Assembly (NCBI GenBank): GCA_965267575.1
Contig: OZ254086.1
Coordinates: forward strand, 3,392,001 to 3,456,000
Direction: 5' to 3'
Length of the DNA stretch: 64,000 nucleotides
Source: Calditrichales bacterium
GTDB taxonomy: Bacteria > Calditrichota > Calditrichia > Calditrichales > J004
Part shown: positions 1 through 8,970 of the stretch, in pieces
Numbering within the stretch: position 1 is the first letter of the stretch
Layout: each line of letters opens with the position of its first letter
Made by a program: the position numbers and the translations under genes
Notes under the pieces: model-generated
What the model was told of the DNA's origin: nothing
What the model saw: only the letters and a program-made list of their open reading frames with translations
Database searches by the model: none

Positions 1-234
1 CCGTCACGTGTGAGAATCATTCCTACGGGCCGGCATATCAATAGTTTTCGTTTTTTTTCTCATTAGAACATATTAGATAAAACAATAATTCTTAACATGA
101 AGCAATATATCTAAATGTCATGTCTGATGTAACAAAACCCCTCCTTGAGCTTTCATTTTAATTTCGTATATTTCGAACATAGTTTTTCCAGCTTTGGAAT
201 AACGCAAAAACAATAACTCTAAAAGGAGCATGTC

Positions 235-1554
235 ATGGAAGCGATTCGAGTGCTGATCATGGGAGCGGCAGGACGCGATTTTCACAATTTCAACACCTAT
301 TTCCGCGATAACAAAACATATAACGTGGTGGCTTTTACGGCCACGCAAATCCCCAATATTGAAGGACGCAAATACCCGGCGGAGCTGGCAGGAAAAAATT
401 ACCCCAAAGGGATTGATATTCTACCTGAAGAAGACCTTGTAAGACTTATCAGGGATGAAAAAATTGACCAGGTTGTATTTTCCTATTCCGATGTTTCACA
501 CCAGACTATTATGGAAAAGGCTTCGATCGTTTTGGCGGCGGGCGCCGATTTCCGGCTGCTGGGTCAGGAAAAAACGGAAATTAAGTCAAGCAAACCTGTG
601 ATAAGCATTTGCGCCGTGCGCACCGGCGTTGGTAAAAGCCAGACGACGCGCTACATATTGCGCCTGCTGCGCGATATGGGTTACAAAGTGGCATCCATCC
701 GCCACCCCATGCCCTACGGTGACCTGGCTAAACAGGCCGTACAGCGCTTTGCCGAATACAGTGATCTTGATAAACATGATTGCACCATTGAAGAGCGCGA
801 AGAGTATGAACCGCATATCGACAACGGCGCGGTGATCTTTGCCGGTGTGGATTATGAACGAATTTTGCGTGAGGCCGAAAAAGAGGCCGATATTATCCTG
901 TGGGACGGCGGCAATAATGATACGCCATTCTATAAAAGCGATTTCAAGATCGTTTTGGCCGATCCGCATCGTCCGGGGCATGAGGCTTCTTACTATCCCG
1001 GTGCGGTAAACACGCGCATGGCCGATGCCATTATCATTAATAAAGCTGATACGGCGGATTATACCAATATTATGGCCGTACGCGATAATCTGGCCCGGAT
1101 GAACCCGGATGCGTTTGTGGTCGAAGCGGCTTCGCCTATCTTTGTTGACGACCCTGCGGCTATCCGCGGCAAGCGCGTGCTGGTTGTGGAAGACGGTCCC
1201 ACGCTTACTCATGGTGAGATGGCCTATGGCGCCGGCTGGGTCGCTGCCCGTCGTTTCGGTGCGCTAGAGATCATCGATCCGCGTGCGTTTGCCGTACAGT
1301 CAATCGCCGATACGTATGCCAAATACCCTACTACGGGCAATGTGCTTCCGGCCATGGGTTACGGAGATGCCATGATGAAAGACCTGGAAGCAACGATCAA
1401 TGCCAGTGACGCCGATATGGTTGTTATTGGAACTCCCATTGACCTGACACGTGTCATCAAAATAAACAAGCCGCACCAGCGCGTGCGCTACGAGCTGCAG
1501 GAAATCGGCAGCCCGACGGTTGCGGATATGATCCGCGAAAAATTCAAGAAATAG
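235..1554 (+). CDS. arcE: COG2403 P-loop protein (cyclic 2,3-diphosphoglycerate synthetase-like 'GTPase'); probable arginine synthetase (ArcE-type)
   Basis: 439 aa; N-terminal GAAGRDFHNFN and AFTATQIP, P-loop RTGVGKS, RHPMPYG, CTIEEREEYEPH, GVDYE, WDGGNND, EDGPTLTHG, PAMGY; SD AGGAG upstream. Family call is strong; arginine synthetase activity is inferred. Confidence 0.8.
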   Translation: MEAIRVLIMGAAGRDFHNFNTYFRDNKTYNVVAFTATQIPNIEGRKYPAELAGKNYPKGIDILPEEDLVRLIRDEKIDQVVFSYSDVSHQTIMEKASIVLAAGADFRLLGQEKTEIKSSKPVISICAVRTGVGKSQTTRYILRLLRDMGYKVASIRHPMPYGDLAKQAVQRFAEYSDLDKHDCTIEEREEYEPHIDNGAVIFAGVDYERILREAEKEADIILWDGGNNDTPFYKSDFKIVLADPHRPGHEASYYPGAVNTRMADAIIINKADTADYTNIMAVRDNLARMNPDAFVVEAASPIFVDDPAAIRGKRVLVVEDGPTLTHGEMAYGAGWVAARRFGALEIIDPRAFAVQSIADTYAKYPTTGNVLPAMGYGDAMMKDLEATINASDADMVVIGTPIDLTRVIKINKPHQRVRYELQEIGSPTVADMIREKFKK

Positions 1555-1561
1555 CTCATTT

Positions 1562-1589
1562 AAGGCCGCGGCATGGCGCCGCGGCTTTT
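1562..1589 (+). terminator. Probable intrinsic terminator after arcE
   Basis: GC hairpin GCCGCGGC-ATGGC-GCCGCGGC followed by TTTT. Confidence 0.55.
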
Positions 1590-1594
1590 CTACT

Positions 1595-3316
1595 TTGCCT
1601 ATGACCAAAATTACACTTTTCTGCCTGGCGCTTACAGTGCCATTGTATGCTCAGGTAACGTTCACGGAAATCATGTTTGATCCGGCTACCAGCGAGTTTC
1701 ACGACGAGTTTGTGGAAATCTATAATTTGTCCGGTGAGGCGCTGGATCTCAGTGGCTGGACTCTTTCCGATTCGTTGTCTTTGGATGAGCTGGCTGACGC
1801 GGGAAACGGCATGTTGCTGCAGCCCGGTCAATTCGGCGTCATTCTTGACGGGAGCTACTTCGAAAACTCATCCGTTTACGATGACATCATTCCCGACAGC
1901 GCGCTGCTGCTAACGATTGCCGATAAGGGCTTTGGCACCAACGGTCTGACCAACAGCACAGCCCGCATGCTTGAGCTGATCGACAGCAGTGGAAATGTAG
2001 CCAGCCGCTACCGCTACAGCCTGGGCAACAAACCCGGTTTTTCCGATGAGAAGATTCGCCTGGACGGCGCCAACGACAGTACAAACTGGGCGGACGCGAT
2101 AGTTGCCGGCGGTACGCCCGGATTCCGCAATTCCGTGTCGCCTTTTCCGGTGGATGTGGCTTTAAGTGCATTGCGCTGGGTGCCGCAAACGTTAGTCCGG
2201 GCCGGAATGCCGGTTACTTTCACGCTGGAAGTGGCTAACACGGGTCAACTGGATTTTGACGCCATGAGCGGGCTTTTGGTTTTTATGGATCAGAATGGCG
2301 ATAGTCTGTACAGCGGAGGCGAGACGGTGCTTTTTGATGCGACCTTGGCCTTGTCGCTGATGCCCGGCGGGCAGATTAATCATAATTTTGATTATACATT
2401 TCCGGAAGCCGGCAGCTTTGACATCGTTGCGACGCTCTCATCGGCAAGCGACCAAAACACAGCCAATAACGTTTTGTTTGGTAAGCTGATTGTTTCCGCC
2501 GGGGAGAGCCGCCTGCGTATTAATGAGATAAAATTTCTGGCTGACGAAGGCGAGCCGGAGTGGATTGAAGTATTCAATGCCGGGAGCGAGCCGTTACTGC
2601 TCAATAACTTTGCCTTTGCAGATAGCCGCGATACGCTTTTTCTGGACAGCCTGATTGTAATGGGCCCGGGCAGCTACCGTGTTCTTGCTGAACATGCCGG
2701 ACTGGATACGCTGTATGATCTCGAGGATTCGCTGATCGTTGTGCCGGATAAGTGGAACACGCTCAACAACGGTGAAGATGTGGTTTATCTTTTGGGGCCG
2801 GATCTTGGCTGGATTGAGCAGGTACCATACACATCAGATTGGCTGGAAGGCGAGGAGTGGCGCTCACCCTCACTGGAAAGGATTCATCCCGGTTTGGATG
2901 CCCGGCTTTCCCGTAACTGGGGCCCGGCCACCGCATCGGATAATGCGACACCCGGACAGCAAAATTCAATCTACAATGACGTTTCCGCAAATGAAGGCCT
3001 TGCTGTAAAAATAGAGCCCAATCCGTTTTCGCCGGATGGCGACGGGCACGAAGACCATACCCTTGTGTCGGTGCAGTTGCCGGAAAACAGCGCCCGCATC
3101 CGCGTTGAAATACTGGATATCCTGGGCCGCCCGGTTGTCGCGCTGACCGACAACAGTTTTTCAGGTCCGCAGCATAGCGTCGTCTGGGATGGCCGTGACA
3201 AAAACGGGCGCCGGGCACGTATGGGGATTTATATAGTTTTTATACAAATTCTCAATGACCGCCAGGGGGTGATCCGGGAAAGCAAACACAGCGTGGTTGT
3301 TGCAGGCAAATTGTGA
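1595..3316 (+). CDS. Secreted lamin-tail-domain protein (LTD-CARDB-LTD-FlgD-like C-terminal tail)
   Basis: Signal peptide; two LTD motifs (FTEIMFDP..EFVEIYN..ATPG-like, INEIKF..EWIEVFN..ATPG); CARDB-like DQNTANN; C-terminal PNPFSPDGDG..WDGRD..GIYI. Likely start ATG 1601. Confidence 0.8.
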   Translation: MPMTKITLFCLALTVPLYAQVTFTEIMFDPATSEFHDEFVEIYNLSGEALDLSGWTLSDSLSLDELADAGNGMLLQPGQFGVILDGSYFENSSVYDDIIPDSALLLTIADKGFGTNGLTNSTARMLELIDSSGNVASRYRYSLGNKPGFSDEKIRLDGANDSTNWADAIVAGGTPGFRNSVSPFPVDVALSALRWVPQTLVRAGMPVTFTLEVANTGQLDFDAMSGLLVFMDQNGDSLYSGGETVLFDATLALSLMPGGQINHNFDYTFPEAGSFDIVATLSSASDQNTANNVLFGKLIVSAGESRLRINEIKFLADEGEPEWIEVFNAGSEPLLLNNFAFADSRDTLFLDSLIVMGPGSYRVLAEHAGLDTLYDLEDSLIVVPDKWNTLNNGEDVVYLLGPDLGWIEQVPYTSDWLEGEEWRSPSLERIHPGLDARLSRNWGPATASDNATPGQQNSIYNDVSANEGLAVKIEPNPFSPDGDGHEDHTLVSVQLPENSARIRVEILDILGRPVVALTDNSFSGPQHSVVWDGRDKNGRRARMGIYIVFIQILNDRQGVIRESKHSVVVAGKL

Positions 3317-3461
3317 ATACAAGTTAAATAAAATCAATAGTTTAAGATGCTAAATAAAAGGATGTTGTTTGTTTGATTTCGCTTGAGGCTATTGCTACAT
3401 TTAAGTCTTAGCAAAAATTCAACGGACAGAAGAATCAATAAAATCGAACCAAGGAGAAAAC

Positions 3462-5093
3462 ATGCCAAACGCGTTTTTTAAAGTACCCGATCCAAAAAAC
3501 GAACCGGTTCTGAATTATGCGCCGGGTTCGCCGGAGCGTGCTGAAATAAAAGCCAAACTGCAGGAAATGAGCAGCCGCAAAATTGAAATCCCTTTGATCA
3601 TTGGCGGCAAGGAAGTAAAATCCGGAGATACCGCCGAAATACGCATTCCGCATAATCATGGTCACATTCTGGGTGTTTATCACAAGGCCGGCGAAAAAGA
3701 GGTCAATATGGCCATAGAAGCCGCGCTGAAAGCCCGGGAAGAATGGTCGCTTCTGCCCTGGGAGCACCGTGCCTCCGTTTTCCTGAAAGCGGCGGAACTG
3801 CTCTCCGGCCCGTGGCGCTCAACCATCAATGCTGCCACCATGCTCGGGCAGTCCAAAACGGTTCATCAGGCAGAAATCGATTCGGCGGCAGAGCTGATTG
3901 ACTTTTACCGCTTTAATGCCCACTACATGAGCCAGCTTATGGCCGACCAGCCATACTCTCCCAAAGGCATGTGGAACCGCGTGGAATACCGGGCGCTGGA
4001 GGGCTTTATCTTTGCCGTAACACCTTTCAACTTTACAAGCATTGCCGGAAACCTGCCTGCGGCGCCTGCTGTTGTGGGTAACGTTGCCCTGTGGAAACCG
4101 GCATCAAGCGCTGTCTATTCGGCTTACTACATCATGAAGATGCTGCAGGAAGCAGGCCTGCCCGACGGTGTGATTAATTTTATCCCCGGTTCCGGCTCCA
4201 AAGTCGGTAATCCGGTTATGGCCAGCGAGCACCTGGCTGGCATCCACTTTACGGGCTCTACTGCGGTTTTCCAGGATATGTGGAAAACGGTGGGTGACAA
4301 TATCTCCAAAATGAAATATTATCCGCGCATCGTGGGTGAGACAGGCGGTAAGGATTTCATTTTTGCCCACAATACGGCAGATGTCGATGCGCTTGTAACA
4401 GCGACTATTCGCGGATCCTTTGAATATCAGGGACAAAAATGTTCGGCTGCTTCCCGTATGTATGTGCCCAAATCGATCTGGCCGGAATTCAAGGATAAAT
4501 ACGTCGCTGAAGTTCGCAAGATCAAGATGGGCGATATCGAAGACTTTACCAACTTCATGGGCGCGGTGATAGACAAGAGTGCTTTCCGCAGCATCACCGA
4601 GTACATTGACTACGCCCGCGATTCCAAAGAAGCGGAATTTATAACCGGTGGTGAATACGACGACTCCAAAGGCTATTTCATTCAGCCAACGACCATCGTT
4701 ACCACCAATCCGCGCTTCAAAACCATGCAAGAGGAGATTTTCGGTCCCGTGATGACCATCTATGTGTATGATGATGCGGATTTCGAAAAAGCCCTCGATC
4801 TGTGTGATGATACGTCGCCTTACGCGCTTACCGGCGCTATCTGGGCCAAAGACCGTGCCGTGCTTTCGCATATGGCAGATCGCCTGCGCAATACGGCCGG
4901 AAACTTCTACTTCAACGATAAGCCGACGGCGGCCGTTGTAGGCCAGCAGCCGTTTGGTGGTGGCAGGGCATCCGGTACCAACGACAAGGCCGGCAGCGCC
5001 ATGAACATCATGCGCTGGATGACCGCCCGCACCATGAAAGAGACTTATGTCCCGCCAAAAGACTGGAAGTATCCTTTCATGTCTGAGAAATAG
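3462..5093 (+). CDS. pruA: L-glutamate gamma-semialdehyde (P5C) dehydrogenase
   Basis: NEPVLNYAPGS, PFNFTSI, FTGST, GETGGKDF, FEYQGQKCSA (catalytic Cys), EEIFGP, PFGGGRASGTNDKAG. Confidence 0.95.
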   Translation: MPNAFFKVPDPKNEPVLNYAPGSPERAEIKAKLQEMSSRKIEIPLIIGGKEVKSGDTAEIRIPHNHGHILGVYHKAGEKEVNMAIEAALKAREEWSLLPWEHRASVFLKAAELLSGPWRSTINAATMLGQSKTVHQAEIDSAAELIDFYRFNAHYMSQLMADQPYSPKGMWNRVEYRALEGFIFAVTPFNFTSIAGNLPAAPAVVGNVALWKPASSAVYSAYYIMKMLQEAGLPDGVINFIPGSGSKVGNPVMASEHLAGIHFTGSTAVFQDMWKTVGDNISKMKYYPRIVGETGGKDFIFAHNTADVDALVTATIRGSFEYQGQKCSAASRMYVPKSIWPEFKDKYVAEVRKIKMGDIEDFTNFMGAVIDKSAFRSITEYIDYARDSKEAEFITGGEYDDSKGYFIQPTTIVTTNPRFKTMQEEIFGPVMTIYVYDDADFEKALDLCDDTSPYALTGAIWAKDRAVLSHMADRLRNTAGNFYFNDKPTAAVVGQQPFGGGRASGTNDKAGSAMNIMRWMTARTMKETYVPPKDWKYPFMSEK

Positions 5094-5104
5094 CCAAAAA
5101 AACT

Positions 5105-5134
5105 AAGGCCTTCCGCAACCGGGAGGCCTTTTTT
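5105..5134 (+). terminator. Intrinsic terminator after pruA
   Basis: AAGGCCTTCC-GCAACC-GGGAGGCCTT followed by a T-tract. Confidence 0.85.
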
Positions 5135-5195
5135 ACATCGAACATGACAAACGTTGTTTCCAGGGGCGATTTGATAGGAAAGGCGCACCTTTTTC

Positions 5196-5225
5196 TTGCA
5201 CTGAATGGGCACAGCGTTTTATAAT
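5196..5225 (+). promoter_or_regulatory. Putative sigma70-type promoter for alkaline phosphatase
   Basis: TTGCAC-N18-TATAAT, 42 nt upstream of ATG 5268. Confidence 0.5.
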
Positions 5226-5267
5226 TTCCGCGTTCACCGGAATCGTTAAACTCAAAACGGAGAAATC

Positions 5268-6347
5268 ATGTTAAAACATATTCGCCTTGCGATTGTATTT
5301 TTGTTGGCGCTGTTTCTTAGCGGACTAGCGCAGGAACAACCTAAAAACGTAATACTTTTTATCGGCGACGGGATGGGGCCGGCCCAGGTTACCAGCCTGA
5401 TGACCGTAAAAGAGAATCCGGCACTTAAGCGCTTCAAAATGGGCGGTATGGTCACAACACACGCCGCGGATGAATATGTCACCGATTCCGCTGCCGGCGC
5501 CACGGCCTTTTCCACGGGCGTGAAATCCTACAATGGCGCCATTGCCGTGGATGTGGACAAGAAGCCTCATAAAACCGTGCTGGAGTACGCCCGTGATAAA
5601 GGACTGTCTACGGGACTCGTTGCGACTTGCGGAATCACGCACGCAACCCCGGCAGCTTTTGCCGCGCACGTGGAACAGCGTAAAATGTACGCGCAGATCG
5701 CTGAAGATATGGCCGCAGCTAATGTTGACGTAATAATCGGCGGTGACCGCGGCTGGTTCATTCCGCAAGAGCAGGAAAACAGTCTGCGTGAAGATTCAAA
5801 AGATCTGCTGGCCCAAATGCGCGCATCCTACACCGTCATTGAAGACAGCACAAAATTTGCTTCTACAACAGTGGACGAAAAACTGCTTTATTTCTATCAT
5901 GATAAGCACCCCGGCCATGCCGGACAGCGTCCGCACACGCTGGCGGAAATGACAAATAAAGCGCTTGAGGTGCTGGCACGAAATGAACAGGGCTTCTTTC
6001 TGATGGTTGAAGGCTCCCAAATTGATTGGGGCGGCCATGCCAATGAAACCGATTATATTATCGGCGAAATGCTCGACTTTGATGAAGCTGTTGGAGCGGG
6101 TCTGGATTTTGCCGAGAAAGACGGCAACACGCTGGTTATCGTTACGGCCGACCATGAAACGGGCGGCATGACGCTGTTAGGTGGTTCGGTAGAAGATAAC
6201 ACGGTCTCGAAAACGGAATATACCACAAAAGGCCATAGTGGTGTTATGGTGCCGATCTTTACGTATGGCCCGCAGGCCGCGGCCCTCTCCGGTGTGATCG
6301 ATAATACGGATATTGGAGCCTGGCTTGTGAACTGGGCACAGAAATAA
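5268..6347 (+). CDS. phoA: Alkaline phosphatase (PhoA family), secreted
   Basis: Signal peptide; NVILFIGDGMG, VTDSAAGATA (phospho-Ser), HATPA, MVEGSQIDWGGH, TADHETGG. Confidence 0.93.
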   Translation: MLKHIRLAIVFLLALFLSGLAQEQPKNVILFIGDGMGPAQVTSLMTVKENPALKRFKMGGMVTTHAADEYVTDSAAGATAFSTGVKSYNGAIAVDVDKKPHKTVLEYARDKGLSTGLVATCGITHATPAAFAAHVEQRKMYAQIAEDMAAANVDVIIGGDRGWFIPQEQENSLREDSKDLLAQMRASYTVIEDSTKFASTTVDEKLLYFYHDKHPGHAGQRPHTLAEMTNKALEVLARNEQGFFLMVEGSQIDWGGHANETDYIIGEMLDFDEAVGAGLDFAEKDGNTLVIVTADHETGGMTLLGGSVEDNTVSKTEYTTKGHSGVMVPIFTYGPQAAALSGVIDNTDIGAWLVNWAQK

Positions 6348-6371
6348 GTATTTTTTTGTTTGTATAACAGG

Positions 6372-6402
6372 AAAGGGCAATCATTACCGGTTGCCCTTTT
6401 TT
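6372..6402 (+). terminator. Intrinsic terminator after phoA
   Basis: AAAGGGCAATC-ATTACC-GGTTGCCCTTT followed by a T-tract. Confidence 0.8.
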
Positions 6403-6565
6403 ATTGGAAAAATATACACACCCGCAGGGCATTTCCGGCCGTGACATATCTTCCCGATTCCGAAAAACTTCCCGGTGGACGCCAATTTTCCAGCAAACGT
6501 ATAAAACTTTGGTTTCAGAAGAGCGAGTCGATATTTGATAATTGAGATAAAAAAACCGGAACAGA

Positions 6566-8890
6566 ATGCCCATTTTTACACCAAATATTGACAGACTTCG
6601 CGAACGAAGAAATATCAAAGGCCTGGTTAAGGCGCTGGAACACGAAGACAGCAGCGTTCAGGTTGCCGCCGCCGCGGCTCTGGGCCGTTTGCGCGCGCGC
6701 CAGGCGGTGGAAGGCTTGGCTACGCTGCTTACACACTGGGATGATTCAGTTCAGGTGGCCGGCGCAGAGGCATTGGGACGCACCGGCCATTACAAGGCTG
6801 TGCCGCCGCTACTCTTTCTGCTCAAAGAGCGCAACAAACGCGTGCGGGATGCCGCGGCGCGCGCGCTGACTGATTTGGGTCGTATCGCCATTGACGCGCT
6901 GGTTGATGAACTGGAAACGGCCGATGATGAGTTGTACCAATCAATCATTAATGCGATTGTTGAAATTGGTGCGCCTGCCCGGCGGGCAGTGCGGGAGCTT
7001 TTCGCCAACCATAACACGCCGCAACGCGCCAGACTGCTAAAAGTGTTCGCCAATATCTCTGACGATGCAGCTATCGATATCCTGATCGAAGCTCTCAGCG
7101 ATTCGCAGTACGAAGTGCGTGAAGCCGCGGCAGAACACCTTGTTGAACTGGGCTCGGCGGCTGCGCCCAAATTGCTTCACGCCGTCCAAAACGATGAAAA
7201 CGATCCGCGGACAATGCTGGAATTGCTGTCGCGCATCGGCAATCCATTATGCGAAGAGTATTTTCTGGAAAACCTGCGCTCCGATTCAGCGGAAGAACGC
7301 AGGCTGGCTGCCGAAGGACTGGACAAAATGAAATGGGCCGTGACCGTCTCCGAAAACGGTGCCTGGTATTTTATCGCCAAGCAGCGCTGGGACAGTCTTG
7401 TAAAGATCGGAACGGCCGCTCTGGGGCCATTGGGGCAGGTGGTTGATGACGCAAGCGAGAAAGTACGCAACGGCGCCATAGAAGCACTGTCACAAATCGG
7501 GCGTAGCAGTTGGGACGGTCTGATCAAATCGGTCAGTGACCCCAATCCTGAAATGCGTCTTATAGCCGTAGCCGGATTAAGCAAACTGAATGACAAGCGC
7601 AGCCTGGTGCCGCTGAACCGTTGCCTGATGGATAGTGAAGTACGTGTGCGCCGTGCCGCTGTTGACGCACTGGGACAATTGGACGACGAGCGCCGGATCA
7701 ACCCCCTTATAATGGCCCTTAAAGACGAAGACAGCATCGTACGCCGTAAAGCCGTGCGTTTTGTCGGTCAATCAAAAGACAGCCGTGCCGGAGATTTATT
7801 TTTGCCCATGCTGGCCGATCCGTCTCAGCTGGTATGCCTGGAAGCATTGGAAGCTCTGGTGGGTTTGGGACAAAGCGTTCTTGACCCGCTGCTGGAAGTG
7901 CTAAAGCACCACAATGTGAACGTGCGCCGCTTCGCCTCCATGGCACTGGGGCGCATTGGTGATAACCGCGCCACCCCGCCGCTTATGAATCAGCTGAGCC
8001 ACAGTAATTGGCGTGTACGCGAAGCTGTTTGCGAGGCCTTGGGCAATCTGAAAGATAAAAGGGCGGTCAACATGCTGGTCGGCATGCTGGATGACGAAAA
8101 CGAAGAAGTTGCCAAGAGCGCCGCGAAAGCACTCGGGCAGATAGGCAAGCCGGCGGTCATGTTGTTGTTCAGCCAACTGGCCGGTCGTCGCAAGGCCAAT
8201 AAATATGCCGTTTTTGCTTTAAAGGAAATGGGCCAGGCGGCCATTGATCCGCTGATCAACGCGTTGCAGCATCAAAACAGCCAGGTACGCCAGGCCGCGG
8301 TTAAGGTGCTGGAACTGCTGGATTGGAAGCCAGAGAAAAATGAATCCGGAGCCGCGTTTTTTATTGCCCGCCAGGAGTGGCAGAAGAGCGTGGAAGTGGG
8401 CGGGGCCGCCGTTGATCCGCTGATAAATGTACTGGATGACGATGAACTCTGGCAACGGCGCAACGCCGCGGAAAATCTGGGCAAGATCGGCGATTCCAAA
8501 GCCGTGGAAGGCCTGGTTGCCTCCCTTGAAGACAAATACTGGAATGTGCGTGAAGCCGCGGCCAACTCGCTGGTAAAGCTTGGAAAACCCGCCGTGGAAC
8601 CGTTGGTTCACGCGCTGCTATCCGCCAAAAAGGATTCCTTTTCGATCATCACCGACACCCTGGCCCGTATTGGCGATAAACGCGCCATGCGTCCACTGAT
8701 TTACCTGCTGCGCGACCGCCGCCAGTTTGTGCGCGAAGCAGCCGCACGTGCTTTGGATAAAATGGGCGCGTTGCACGGCAACGGACGTTGTTCACAATGC
8801 GGCAAGCCCGTGCACAAATCGCTTAGCGATGGCGAAAAATGTCCGTTCTGCAGCAGTCCCCTCCAAATCAGAGACAGCCGCGTCGCCTGA
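6566..8890 (+). CDS. HEAT/PBS-lyase repeat protein with C-terminal zinc ribbon
   Basis: Many L..ALxDxxxxVRxxAAxALGxIGD repeats across 774 aa; C-terminal CSQC-x13-CPFC. Confidence 0.88.
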   Translation: MPIFTPNIDRLRERRNIKGLVKALEHEDSSVQVAAAAALGRLRARQAVEGLATLLTHWDDSVQVAGAEALGRTGHYKAVPPLLFLLKERNKRVRDAAARALTDLGRIAIDALVDELETADDELYQSIINAIVEIGAPARRAVRELFANHNTPQRARLLKVFANISDDAAIDILIEALSDSQYEVREAAAEHLVELGSAAAPKLLHAVQNDENDPRTMLELLSRIGNPLCEEYFLENLRSDSAEERRLAAEGLDKMKWAVTVSENGAWYFIAKQRWDSLVKIGTAALGPLGQVVDDASEKVRNGAIEALSQIGRSSWDGLIKSVSDPNPEMRLIAVAGLSKLNDKRSLVPLNRCLMDSEVRVRRAAVDALGQLDDERRINPLIMALKDEDSIVRRKAVRFVGQSKDSRAGDLFLPMLADPSQLVCLEALEALVGLGQSVLDPLLEVLKHHNVNVRRFASMALGRIGDNRATPPLMNQLSHSNWRVREAVCEALGNLKDKRAVNMLVGMLDDENEEVAKSAAKALGQIGKPAVMLLFSQLAGRRKANKYAVFALKEMGQAAIDPLINALQHQNSQVRQAAVKVLELLDWKPEKNESGAAFFIARQEWQKSVEVGGAAVDPLINVLDDDELWQRRNAAENLGKIGDSKAVEGLVASLEDKYWNVREAAANSLVKLGKPAVEPLVHALLSAKKDSFSIITDTLARIGDKRAMRPLIYLLRDRRQFVREAAARALDKMGALHGNGRCSQCGKPVHKSLSDGEKCPFCSSPLQIRDSRVA

Positions 8891-8970
8891 TATTTCTGCT
8901 TGTTTTAATCTATCATATTTTTTAAATAGCACACTTCTGTCGGCAAAATGCCACGACCGAAAGGTGCTTA

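Noticed and set aside
1..234. Search for an ARG box or structured RNA upstream of arcE (ACATGA..TCATGT inverted pair at about 95-123)
   Set aside because: No match to the ArgR consensus; short inverted repeats are expected in AT-rich DNA.
6403..6565. 163-nt intergenic stretch and 61-aa ORF (6360-6545) before the HEAT gene as a possible sRNA or small protein
   Set aside because: The ORF runs through the terminator and has no SD or motif; no recognisable RNA structure.
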